The notes beneath the pieces are model-generated. The model ran no database searches. It was given only the letters and a program-made list of their open reading frames with translations, and was not told the origin of the DNA. Position numbers and translations under genes: made by a program. Shown piece after piece: positions 7,675 to 16,563 of a stretch of 39,882 bases of DNA. Source of the stretch: Minisyncoccota bacterium (lineage in GTDB: Bacteria; Patescibacteriota; Minisyncoccia; Phycocordibacterales; Phycocordibacteraceae); contig JBAYLD010000006.1 in NCBI GenBank assembly GCA_041664265.1, positions 1 through 39,882 on the forward strand. The letters run 5' to 3'. Numbering within the stretch: the first letter of the stretch is position 1; each line of letters starts with the position of its first letter.

Positions 7675-7744
7675 CCGCCCCTCCTTTCTTTCTCGTTTAT
7701 TTTTAGAACTGCTATCCTGCCGCATCCTACCGAACGCACGCAAA

Positions 7745-7773
7745 TAGTCAAATGACTCGAGTATCGCTATACT
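7745..7773 (+). promoter_or_regulatory. Candidate promoter producing a leaderless argS mRNA
   Basis: TAGTCA (7745-7750), 17-nt spacer, TATACT (7768-7773). ATG 7780 lies 6 nt after the -10 box and there is no SD. Confidence 0.5.
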
Positions 7774-7779
7774 GCCCGT

Positions 7780-9429
7780 ATGGAAGAACGAATACGGAAG
7801 GCGGTCGGCGAGGCGCTGGTGAGTATGGGCGCGGGAGAGGTGGTGTTTGTGGTCGAACGGCCCGCAGATATGCGCCACGGGGACTACGCGACCAACGCCG
7901 CGCTCGCAGCAGCCAAAGCGCTCGGTCGGGAGGCGCGAGAAGTCGCAGAAGAATTGGCAGAAAAAGTTAGGACACTGGGTGTCCTAACTTTTGAAAAGGT
8001 TGAGGTCGCGGGGCCGGGCTTCGTGAATATTACGCTCGCGCCGGAGGCGATCGCGCTCGCAGTCGCTGAAGCTGACGCGAAGGGGACAGACTGGGGGAAG
8101 GGCGATGCGGAAAAAGGGAAACGTGTCATCATTGAATATTCGAATCCGAATGCTTTTAAAGAGATGCATATCGGCCACTTGGTCGGCACGATCATTGGTG
8201 AATCGTTGTCACGACTAATAGAACATACAGGGGCAAAGGTCGCCCGCGACACCTTCGGCGGGGACATTGGTCCGAACGTCGCCAAGGCGCTCTGGGGGCT
8301 TCGTAAAAAAGGCATCAGTGAACCCACGACGGCACAAGAAATTGGCGCCGCGTATACCGAAGGGTCGCTCGCCTATGAGAACGATGTACAGGCAAAAGAA
8401 GAAATAGACGCGCTCAATCAGGCGATCTATGCCGGCTCGGATAGGGAGTTGATGGAGGTTTGGCGCAAGGGGCGCGCGGTCTCGGTAGAAGAGTTTTGCC
8501 GCATCTGGAGACTGCTCGGCACGCATTTTGATTTTGAATTTTTTGACAGCGACACGACCGAGATTGGCCTGCGCGTCGTGCATGACGGGCTCGCCAGGGG
8601 AATATTTGAAAAGAGCGATGGCGCGATTATCTATAACGGCGAGGGGAAGGGGGTGCACACGATGGTATTTATCACCTCACACAACACGCCGACCTATGAG
8701 GCCAAGGATATCGGACTCGCGTTTTTGAAGGAGGAGCGCTGGCCGTCAGACACGTCAATCATCATCACCGGCAACGAACAAGCCGGCCGTTTTAAAACAG
8801 TGCTTCAGGCACTCGGTGAGGTCGCGCCCTTGCTCGCCGCCAAGACGACGAACCTCACTACAGGCTTCTTGAAGCTCGCCTCGGGCAAGATGTCCTCGCG
8901 CGAGGGGAATGTCATCACCGCCGCGGAGTTCATCACGAGCGTCATCGAGCAGGCCAGCGAGAAGAACCCCGATCCGCTTGTCGCCGAGCAGGTCGCGCTT
9001 GGCGCGATTAAATATATGATCCTGAGGCAGGCGCCGGGCTCGGACATCGTCTTCGACCCCGAGAAGTCACTTTCGCTTGAGGGCGACTCAGGGCCCTATC
9101 TGCAGTACGCACTCGTGCGTGCGAAAAAAATCCTCGCGTATGGCGCGAATGGGGAGGGCGGTAGTGAGACACCGACAGCGCCGTATGCGATCGAGCGGCT
9201 CATCCTCCACTATCCTGAAGTTGCCGCGCGTGCTGCTCGCGAATTCGCGCCGAATCTCTTGGTGAATTATCTCACCGAGCTGGCGGGAGAGTGGAACGCT
9301 TTTTATGCGGCCGAGCAGGTGCTTGGTTCTCCCGAAGAGGCCTACAAACAGCGCGTCGCGCGCGCCTTCGCTAACACGATGACCAACGGCCTCACGCTGC
9401 TCGGTATCCCCGCGCCGGAGAGGATGTAA
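7780..9429 (+). CDS. argS: Arginine--tRNA ligase
   Basis: NPNAFKEMHIGHLVGT (HIGH motif) and a C-terminal anticodon-binding region (ALGAIKYMIL...YLQYALVR) typical of ArgRS. Confidence 0.92.
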   Translation: MEERIRKAVGEALVSMGAGEVVFVVERPADMRHGDYATNAALAAAKALGREAREVAEELAEKVRTLGVLTFEKVEVAGPGFVNITLAPEAIALAVAEADAKGTDWGKGDAEKGKRVIIEYSNPNAFKEMHIGHLVGTIIGESLSRLIEHTGAKVARDTFGGDIGPNVAKALWGLRKKGISEPTTAQEIGAAYTEGSLAYENDVQAKEEIDALNQAIYAGSDRELMEVWRKGRAVSVEEFCRIWRLLGTHFDFEFFDSDTTEIGLRVVHDGLARGIFEKSDGAIIYNGEGKGVHTMVFITSHNTPTYEAKDIGLAFLKEERWPSDTSIIITGNEQAGRFKTVLQALGEVAPLLAAKTTNLTTGFLKLASGKMSSREGNVITAAEFITSVIEQASEKNPDPLVAEQVALGAIKYMILRQAPGSDIVFDPEKSLSLEGDSGPYLQYALVRAKKILAYGANGEGGSETPTAPYAIERLILHYPEVAARAAREFAPNLLVNYLTELAGEWNAFYAAEQVLGSPEEAYKQRVARAFANTMTNGLTLLGIPAPERM

Positions 9430-9528
9430 GGTTGCAGTGGATAAGTGAAGATTGCATTAAGTCGTCTTGTGCGCTACATTCTCATCCAGACTGCACAATT
9501 CCGTGCATCCAAACCAAAAGGAGGATGT

Positions 9529-9825
9529 ATGTCTTCAGCGAGGAAGAGACAACGGAGGACAGAGGAGTATCAAGGTATTCGTCGTGTCAGAAAGGCAAGG
9601 GAGAAATGCGGATGCGAAACATTACGCACGTTCCTCCTCTTCGCGCGACAGATCGGGAGGATACCGAAAGATATTGATGTTAACAAGGAGCTGAAAAAGC
9701 TTCGCGGTCATCGCGTCTCGCCTCCTGTGCTTGCCTTTGCTGAAGAGGTTCATGGGAAGCCCCAGGGTTTTTTCAAAAGCGTCTGGGAATCGACCCGGTC
9801 ATCGGGTCGCGCACTGGCAGTGTAG
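9529..9825 (+). CDS. Hypothetical small basic protein (98 aa)
   Basis: ATG preceded by AAAAGGAGGA and followed by a terminator hairpin at 9845-9870. No homology recognised. Other frames are also open here, so the coding status is uncertain. Confidence 0.4.
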   Translation: MSSARKRQRRTEEYQGIRRVRKAREKCGCETLRTFLLFARQIGRIPKDIDVNKELKKLRGHRVSPPVLAFAEEVHGKPQGFFKSVWESTRSSGRALAV

Positions 9826-9844
9826 TCAATTCATAATATCCACA

Positions 9845-9880
9845 ATGGCCGCGAGAATATCCGCGGCCATTTCCATTTTT
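9845..9880 (+). terminator. Intrinsic terminator
   Basis: ATGGCCGCG-agaatatc-CGCGGCCAT followed by TTCCATTTTT. Confidence 0.65.
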
Positions 9881-9907
9881 GCCCTGCAAACGCTACGATA
9901 CTCAGAT

Positions 9908-12685
9908 ATGGCAGAAAAGTCAGAAGCGGCGAAGCGCGAAGAGAAGATCCTAGAGTTCTGGGAGCGCGAGCACATCTTCGAGAAATCGCTCGCCAAAGAG
10001 GCTCCTAAGGGCGAGTTCACTTTTTATGATGGGCCACCCTTTGCGACCGGCCTGCCGCACTCGGGCTCGCTCCTCGCTTCGGTTTCAAAAGATCTCATCC
10101 CGCGCTACAAGACGATGCGCGGATGGCGCGTGCGTCGTCGCTGGGGTTGGGACACGCACGGGCTCCCGATCGAATCTTTAGTCGAGAAAAAGCTGGGGCT
10201 CAAGAATAAAAAGGAGATTCTCGCACTCGGGATTGAAAAATTTAATGAGACCGCGCGGGCGATGGTGCTTGATTATGCACATGAGTGGAAGCGCTATGTG
10301 GCGCGCGTGGGGCGCTGGGTAGATTTTGATAACTCCTACAAGACGATGGATAATTCGTTCATTGAGAGTGTGTGGTGGGCGCTCAAAGAGATCCATAAAA
10401 AAGGCCGTCTCTATGAAGGCCGTAAGGTGCTGATGTACTGTCCGCATTGCGAGACGCCACTCGCAAAGGCAGAGATCGCGATGGATAACACCTATAAGGA
10501 CATTACTGAAGAAGCGGTGACGGTGGCGTTTAAAGTGAGCGATGCAGAGAAGTCTAAGTGGCCGGAGAATACGTATCTGCTCGCGTGGACAACCACGCCC
10601 TGGACGCTCCCCGGCAACGTCGCACTTGCCGTGGGCTCTGGTATCTCTTATGCGCTCTTTGAAAAAAACGGCATGTATTTTATCGCGGGCAAAGAGTCGC
10701 TTGATGAAAATGAAGAATTCGTACAAGAAATAAAGGGAAGCGAATTGGTCGGAATTGAATACGAACCGCTCTATGAGATAGAACAAGTAAAAGCTTGTGC
10801 AGGGAAGAAGTGGCAGGTGCTGGCGGCCGATTTCGTCACGATCGAAGAGGGAACGGGCATTGTGCACATCGCGCCGATGTATGGAGAAAACGATTTTAAT
10901 CTCGGGCAGAAAGAGGGATTGCCAATGTTCCAGCTCTTGAACCCGAACGCGACCTACAAAGACGACGCACCGGAGTTTATTCGTGGCGAGTATATCAAGA
11001 AGGCAGAGGTGAAGATAAAAGAGGATCTAGAGTCGCGCGGACTCCTCTTTGCGCGGGCACCGCACGAGCACTCCTATCCGCACTGCTACCGCTGTGGCAC
11101 ACCGCTTATCTATAACGCGGTCTCAAGCTGGTTCATCAATATTCAAGAAGTGAAGGTAAAGATGCTCGCTGAAAATGAAAAAATAAATTGGATACCTCAG
11201 CATCTTAAAGAAGGCCGGTTTAAGCACAATCTTGAGAGCGCGCCCGACTGGACGATCTCGCGCAATCGCTTCTGGGCGAGCCCTTTGCCGATTTGGAAAG
11301 ACGCAGAAGGGAATGTAACGGTTATCGGCTCGCTCGAAGAATTGAAGAGCTACATGAAGCCCGGGGCCGATCTCCCGAAGAATGCACGGGGCGAGCTTGA
11401 CTTGCATCTCCCGTATATCGACCGCGTCGAGCTCTTTAATGAAAAGGGCGAGCCGCTCACGCGCATTCCCGAGGTGGTGGACTGTTGGGTCGAGTCCGGC
11501 TCGATGCCCTTCGCCGAGTATCACTATCCGTTTGAAAATAAAGAAGAATTTGAGAGGCGCTCGCCGGGAGACTTCGTCTCTGAATATATAGGTCAGACGC
11601 GCGCGTGGTTCTATTATCTACACGCGATCGGTGTCGAAGTGTTCGGACGACTCGCGTTCCGCAACGTCATCACTACCGGGAACATTCTCGCCGCGGATGG
11701 ATCAAAGTTCTCAAAGAGCAAGGGCAACTACACCGATGCATATGAGCTCTTTGATCGCTACGGCGCAGACGCCTTCCGTTACTACCTCATGTCATCGGTC
11801 TTGATGCAGGCAGAAGATCTCTCTTTCCGTGATGAAGATGTGAAGGATGCTCATGCGCGCGTGGTGAATATGCTGCGGAATATTCTCGCCTTTTATTCGC
11901 TCTACAAAGATGAAGTCGGGTCGGCAGGTGCCTCAAGTAACAATGTGTTAGATCGCTGGATCCTTGCACGGCTTAACGAAGTGATTTTAACCGCGACAAG
12001 CTCATTTGATGATTATGACGTGCCGCGCGCTGTTCGTCCGATGCGCGAATTCATTGATGACTTTTCGACTTGGTATATTCGCCGTTCGCGTGATCGCATG
12101 AGGGGCGGCAATGTAGAAGATAAGAAGGTTGCGCTCATGACTCTGCGCTACGTACTGAGAGAATTCTCAAGGGTGACCGCACCGGTTATGCCGTTTATCG
12201 CCGAAGAGATCTTCCAAGATGTGCGAGAGACAAGTGATCCAGAGAGTGTGCATTTAGCCACGTGGCCCGAAACAACGTTGGACAAGTCAGACTTGTCCAT
12301 AATTGCCGAGATGGCGCGCGTGCGCGCGCTCGCGTCTGAAGCGCTCATGTTGCGCCAGAAGGCGGGCATCAAGGTGCGCCAGCCCCTCGCCGCCTTAACT
12401 ATCCCGGAGGGGCTACCTGATGAATTCGCCGCGATTCTTGCCGAAGAAGTGAATGTAAAAAAGATACTCACCGGGGAAGAGCTCGCGCTCGATACTGCTC
12501 TAACTCCAGAACTCGTCATCGAGGGCGATGAACGCGAGATGGCGCGCGCAGTTGCGGAGGCGCGCAAGAGCGAAGGATTCTCTCCAAGAGATGTTGTGCA
12601 TACAACTGTTGGCGCAGGGGGGAAATACTCGACAACGCTCTCGACTGGTGAAGTGCGCTTCGATCTTGTTCGCGATGCGGCATAA
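9908..12685 (+). CDS. ileS: Isoleucine--tRNA ligase (type 2, no C-terminal zinc-finger tail)
   Basis: MAEKSEAAKREEKILEFWEREHIFEKS, FYDGPPFATGLPH, WGWDTHGLPIE and KFSKSKGN (KMSKS motif). The upstream part of the 9731 ORF is unconserved and contains a terminator, so I start at ATG 9908. Confidence 0.92.
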   Translation: MAEKSEAAKREEKILEFWEREHIFEKSLAKEAPKGEFTFYDGPPFATGLPHSGSLLASVSKDLIPRYKTMRGWRVRRRWGWDTHGLPIESLVEKKLGLKNKKEILALGIEKFNETARAMVLDYAHEWKRYVARVGRWVDFDNSYKTMDNSFIESVWWALKEIHKKGRLYEGRKVLMYCPHCETPLAKAEIAMDNTYKDITEEAVTVAFKVSDAEKSKWPENTYLLAWTTTPWTLPGNVALAVGSGISYALFEKNGMYFIAGKESLDENEEFVQEIKGSELVGIEYEPLYEIEQVKACAGKKWQVLAADFVTIEEGTGIVHIAPMYGENDFNLGQKEGLPMFQLLNPNATYKDDAPEFIRGEYIKKAEVKIKEDLESRGLLFARAPHEHSYPHCYRCGTPLIYNAVSSWFINIQEVKVKMLAENEKINWIPQHLKEGRFKHNLESAPDWTISRNRFWASPLPIWKDAEGNVTVIGSLEELKSYMKPGADLPKNARGELDLHLPYIDRVELFNEKGEPLTRIPEVVDCWVESGSMPFAEYHYPFENKEEFERRSPGDFVSEYIGQTRAWFYYLHAIGVEVFGRLAFRNVITTGNILAADGSKFSKSKGNYTDAYELFDRYGADAFRYYLMSSVLMQAEDLSFRDEDVKDAHARVVNMLRNILAFYSLYKDEVGSAGASSNNVLDRWILARLNEVILTATSSFDDYDVPRAVRPMREFIDDFSTWYIRRSRDRMRGGNVEDKKVALMTLRYVLREFSRVTAPVMPFIAEEIFQDVRETSDPESVHLATWPETTLDKSDLSIIAEMARVRALASEALMLRQKAGIKVRQPLAALTIPEGLPDEFAAILAEEVNVKKILTGEELALDTALTPELVIEGDEREMARAVAEARKSEGFSPRDVVHTTVGAGGKYSTTLSTGEVRFDLVRDAA

Positions 12686-13244
12686 ATACGAAACGCGCGG
12701 CATCGTGCTCTCGCGGTCGCCGGTCGGAGAGGCGAGTGCGTTCGTGTTCGTGCTCACGCCCGAGCTCGGGCTCGTCCGGGCGCTCGCACAGAGTGTGCGC
12801 AAGTCGGGCGCAAAGCTCTCCGCGGCGCTTGCGACATTTGCTGAAAGCAGCGTCGTGCTTGTGCGAGGGAAGGACGGCTGGCGCCTTGCTGGCGCGGTGC
12901 TTAGAGAAAGCTGGTTCTCAAAATTGCGGAACGCCGGCGCGCGCCGCTCTGCGGCGCGCGTTTCGGGTCTACTCCTCCGACTGGTCGTTGGCGAGACAAG
13001 CAATCCGGGGCTCTTCCCGATTCTTACGGGCTTCTTTGAAGCACTCGCGACGCTCCCTGAAGAGCTGCATGAGTCCGTCGAGACGCTTGCGGTCGTCCGC
13101 CTCCTCGCAGCGCTTGGGCTTGATGCTGGGAATATCCCAGGAGCAATGTCTGAGTACACGCCATTGGTTCTCGCGGATGTTATGGATAAGCGTACGAACT
13201 ATGTCGCGCGCATCAATCGCGGCATCGCCGCCTCGGGACTCTGA
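12675..13244 (+). CDS. recO: DNA repair protein RecO-like
   Basis: MRHKYETRGIVLSRSPVGEASAFVFVLTPELGLVRA resembles the RecO N-terminal OB fold. Size is ~190 aa and the start overlaps the ileS stop by 11 nt. Confidence 0.6.
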   Translation: MRHKYETRGIVLSRSPVGEASAFVFVLTPELGLVRALAQSVRKSGAKLSAALATFAESSVVLVRGKDGWRLAGAVLRESWFSKLRNAGARRSAARVSGLLLRLVVGETSNPGLFPILTGFFEALATLPEELHESVETLAVVRLLAALGLDAGNIPGAMSEYTPLVLADVMDKRTNYVARINRGIAASGL

Positions 13245-13289
13245 CCTTGCCCCGTGAGCACTTTGCTTTGACAGGGTATACTGTCTGTA

Positions 13290-15188
13290 ATGACAACTGC
13301 TCAAGACGACATAGGCTCACTTGAGAGAGCGCGTGCGCATCTCTATGATCCTGGCGCTGTCCAAGAAGATCGTCTGTCTGCCGGCAGGCAGGGTGTGCCG
13401 CTGGCCGCCGCTTCAGGGCGCTCGCTCCCTCATGCGTGGGAGAGAAGTATATTTAAGAAGAGCCCTTCAAGCGGGAAGCGGCAGATGCGTTTTGCGGGCA
13501 TATTTTTTATCGTCGCATTCCTGTTCTTTCTTGTTTCGCTCGGTGTTGCCGGGTACTTCCTCTATTATGGCGGCAACGCGGTTTCGGTAAATAAGATAGC
13601 AATCGATATACAGGGTCCGACGACCATTGCTGGCGGCGATACGGTCCCGCTCTCGCTTACCATTACGAACACGAATTCGGTTGCGATTGAGAACGCAACC
13701 CTGGAAATTAATTTTCCGGACGGGACAAGGAACGCGACAGATGTGCTAAATGCCTATCCGCGCTTTATCGAAAATCTCGGCACGATCGCGAGCGGTGCTA
13801 CCGTCACCCGTTCGGTGAAGGTTATTTTGTTCGGCGGAGAAGGAGAAATGCTCACGTTGCCGGTCTCTCTCTCGTATGGCACGGGCGCTTCCCGGACCGT
13901 CTTTGTGAAAAAAACGGCATACGCGCTCGCGGTCTCCTCGACACCGCTCTCGGTGTCTATCGACGCTCCCGCCGAGATCGTTGCGGGTAAGCCGTTTACG
14001 CTCACGCTCACGGCTCGGTCGAGTGCGACGGTGCCCCTCTCTCATGTCGTGCTCTCGGGCACGTTCCCCTTCGGCTTCTCGAAGGTCTCGTCTTCGCTTC
14101 CCTTGGATAATGCTAGCTTTCTCATTGGTACACTGCCGCCCGGTGCGAGCAAGAAGATAACACTTACCGGAACGATCCTCGGACAGAACAATGAGCAGCG
14201 AGTCTTCCGCTTCTCTATTGGCACAGCGAAGGCCGCGAATGACCCAGCACTCGCGGTCGAGTATCTGACGCAGGACGCGACTGTGACGGTCGCCGCGCCC
14301 TTCATCACGACGACACTCGCGCTTAATGGCAACACTTCGGACACCGTCACGGTCGCGCCGGGGAGCCGCCAGAGCGTTACCGTGTCATACACCAACACAC
14401 TCTCGACGAGCGTCATGAATGCAGAGGTTGCTATCGCGATATCCGGATCAGCGGTTGACTATGAGAGTATCCAGGCATCGAGAGGTTTCTATCGTTCTGC
14501 CGACCGAACGGTTGTCTTCAATCGTGACACTGACCCTTCGCTCGAAACTCTAGCGCCCGGCGCTTCGGGTGTGGGCACCTTCACCTTCTCGACGCTCGCG
14601 TCTGAAGCTCTTGCTTCCTCACCGACAATCACCTTTACCGTTTCGGCATCGGGCGTGCAGGAGGGGAGAGCAGAGGTTACCGAAGGCATGAGCGCTTCTA
14701 TAGTCAAGACGGTTAAGGTCGCGACCACGATTGCACTTACCGCATCGTCACTGCATAATGCGGGGCCGCTCGACAACACCGGACCCATCCCGCCCCTTGC
14801 CGACCGTGCGACAACCTATACGATCGTCTGGAACGCACGGAACGCTGGGAGCGCCGTCGCGGGAGGAACGGTCTCTGCGACCCTGCCGAGCTATGTCTCG
14901 TATACTGGCGTAACAACCGGCGGATTCTCCTATGACAAAGGGTCCCGCGTTGTGACGTGGAGCACCGGCGATCTCGCGCAGGGTGCAAGCGCCCAGGGCG
15001 CCTTCCAAGTCTCGCTCACCCCCTCAACCTCGCAGAAGGGGAGCGCTCCGACGCTCGCGGGAGTAGCGACCTTCTCCGGGTACGATCGTTTCGCGGGCGT
15101 GAAGGTGTCGGCAACGGCTGGTGCCGTGACAACCGACACGAGAGGGGACGCCGGGTATGTCGCCGCGAATGCAATTGTTGTACAGTGA
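13290..15188 (+). CDS. Membrane-anchored extracellular protein with repeated Ig/CARDB-like beta domains
   Basis: Cytoplasmic N-terminus, one TM (FAGIFFIVAFLFFLVSLGVAGYFLYY), then repeated ~100-aa Thr/Ser/Val-rich segments (e.g. GDTVPLSLTITNTN, GKPFTLTLTARSS). Confidence 0.7.
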   Translation: MTTAQDDIGSLERARAHLYDPGAVQEDRLSAGRQGVPLAAASGRSLPHAWERSIFKKSPSSGKRQMRFAGIFFIVAFLFFLVSLGVAGYFLYYGGNAVSVNKIAIDIQGPTTIAGGDTVPLSLTITNTNSVAIENATLEINFPDGTRNATDVLNAYPRFIENLGTIASGATVTRSVKVILFGGEGEMLTLPVSLSYGTGASRTVFVKKTAYALAVSSTPLSVSIDAPAEIVAGKPFTLTLTARSSATVPLSHVVLSGTFPFGFSKVSSSLPLDNASFLIGTLPPGASKKITLTGTILGQNNEQRVFRFSIGTAKAANDPALAVEYLTQDATVTVAAPFITTTLALNGNTSDTVTVAPGSRQSVTVSYTNTLSTSVMNAEVAIAISGSAVDYESIQASRGFYRSADRTVVFNRDTDPSLETLAPGASGVGTFTFSTLASEALASSPTITFTVSASGVQEGRAEVTEGMSASIVKTVKVATTIALTASSLHNAGPLDNTGPIPPLADRATTYTIVWNARNAGSAVAGGTVSATLPSYVSYTGVTTGGFSYDKGSRVVTWSTGDLAQGASAQGAFQVSLTPSTSQKGSAPTLAGVATFSGYDRFAGVKVSATAGAVTTDTRGDAGYVAANAIVVQ

Positions 15189-15192
15189 TCCC

Positions 15193-16518
15193 ATGAATGA
15201 TTCAGGCCTGATGGAGAAGATCGTCTCGCTCGCGAAGCGCCGCGGGTTCGTTTTCCCAGGCTCTGAGATCTATGGTGGTCTCGCGGGGACCTTCGATTAC
15301 GGCCATTATGGTGTCTTGCTGAAGGAGAATATCGAGCGGCTCTGGCTCGCGATGTTCCGCGATGCGCGCGACGATATGTATGGCGTTGATGCCGCCATCC
15401 TGATGAATCCGAGGGTGTGGGAGGCATCTGGTCATGTATCCGGATTTTCCGACCCGCTTACTGAATGCGAAAAATGCAAAAAACGTTTCCGCGCTGATCA
15501 GCTTGATAACCCGAAGAAGTGCCCCGAGTGTGAAGGAACATTAGGGGGAGTGCGCCAATTCAATATGATGTTCAAGACGCATGCTGGCGCGACCGAGGAT
15601 GAATCGGCAGTCGTCTATCTCCGGCCCGAGACCGCGGGGGGCATCTTTATGAATTACAAAAATATTATTGACGCGATTCACCCTAAGTTGCCATTCGGCA
15701 TCGCGCAGATAGGGAAGGCGTTTCGCAACGAGATCGCGCCGCGCGATTTTATCTTCCGCCTCCGCGAACTCTCGCAGATGGAAGTGGAATATTTTGTGAG
15801 GCCCGCCGAGTGGGAACAAGCGTTTGAATCATGGCGAGAGACGATGCATCGCTTCGCCGAGATTCTTGGCTTGCCGGCAGAGTTTCTGCATGAGCTCGAG
15901 GTATCTGAGGCAGATCGTGCGCACTACTCCAAGCGCACGATTGATTTTGAATTCGACTTTCCCTTCGGGCGTAAAGAGCTCTGGGGGCTTGCGTATCGGA
16001 CCGACTTCGACCTCTCGGCGCACGCAAGAGCATCCGGCGCTGAACTCTCGTATCTTGATGAAGAGACGAAAGAGAGAATCATTCCGCACGTTATCGAACC
16101 TTCGCTTGGTGTTGACCGCACGATTCTTGCGGTACTCGCGGGCGCCTATCGCGAAGATGAACTCGGTGGGGAGGTGCGCACGTATCTCGCGCTCGCGCCC
16201 AAGATCGCGCCGGTGAAGGCAATGGTCTCGCCGCTCTTGAAAAATAAACCCGAGCTTGTCGCGAAAGCGAGAGAAGTGCGCAAAGAATTGCAGAAGGTGC
16301 ACTCGGCCATCGCCTGGGACGACAACGGCAATATCGGCAAGCGCTACCGCCGCCAAGACGAGATCGGCACGCCCTTCTGTGTCACGATAGATTTTGATAC
16401 GTTGGGAGAAAAACCAGAATTAAAAGACACCGTCACCCTCCGTCACCGTGACACCGGCGAGCAGGAGCGTCTCTCTATCGCAGACGTCGCCTCCCGCATC
16501 CGCTCCGCGATCGAATAG
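15193..16518 (+). CDS. glyQS: Glycine--tRNA ligase (dimeric class II)
   Basis: MEKIVSLAKRRGFVFPGSEIYGGLAGTFDYGHYG, YLRPETAGGIF and GVDR. I start at ATG 15193 rather than the overlapping upstream start. Confidence 0.9.
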   Translation: MNDSGLMEKIVSLAKRRGFVFPGSEIYGGLAGTFDYGHYGVLLKENIERLWLAMFRDARDDMYGVDAAILMNPRVWEASGHVSGFSDPLTECEKCKKRFRADQLDNPKKCPECEGTLGGVRQFNMMFKTHAGATEDESAVVYLRPETAGGIFMNYKNIIDAIHPKLPFGIAQIGKAFRNEIAPRDFIFRLRELSQMEVEYFVRPAEWEQAFESWRETMHRFAEILGLPAEFLHELEVSEADRAHYSKRTIDFEFDFPFGRKELWGLAYRTDFDLSAHARASGAELSYLDEETKERIIPHVIEPSLGVDRTILAVLAGAYREDELGGEVRTYLALAPKIAPVKAMVSPLLKNKPELVAKAREVRKELQKVHSAIAWDDNGNIGKRYRRQDEIGTPFCVTIDFDTLGEKPELKDTVTLRHRDTGEQERLSIADVASRIRSAIE

Positions 16519-16563
16519 AACTCCTGCTTTTCATCTAGCATCTTCGTGTTAGGATGCCCGTAT

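Noticed and set aside
7675-7878. Upstream extension of the thyA-like ORF (minus strand)
   Set aside because: It overlaps the argS promoter and the first 100 nt of argS. ATG 7674 has a good SD and aligns with the ThyA N-terminus (MxQY).
9731-9907. Upstream extension of the ileS ORF
   Set aside because: It contains a terminator hairpin (9845-9870) and overlaps the small ORF. The conserved IleRS N-terminus begins at MAEKSEAAKREEKILEFW.
9430-9907. T-box riboswitch upstream of ileS
   Set aside because: There is no T-box consensus (…GGUGGUACCGCG…), no specifier-loop architecture, and no terminator/antiterminator pair adjacent to the ileS start.
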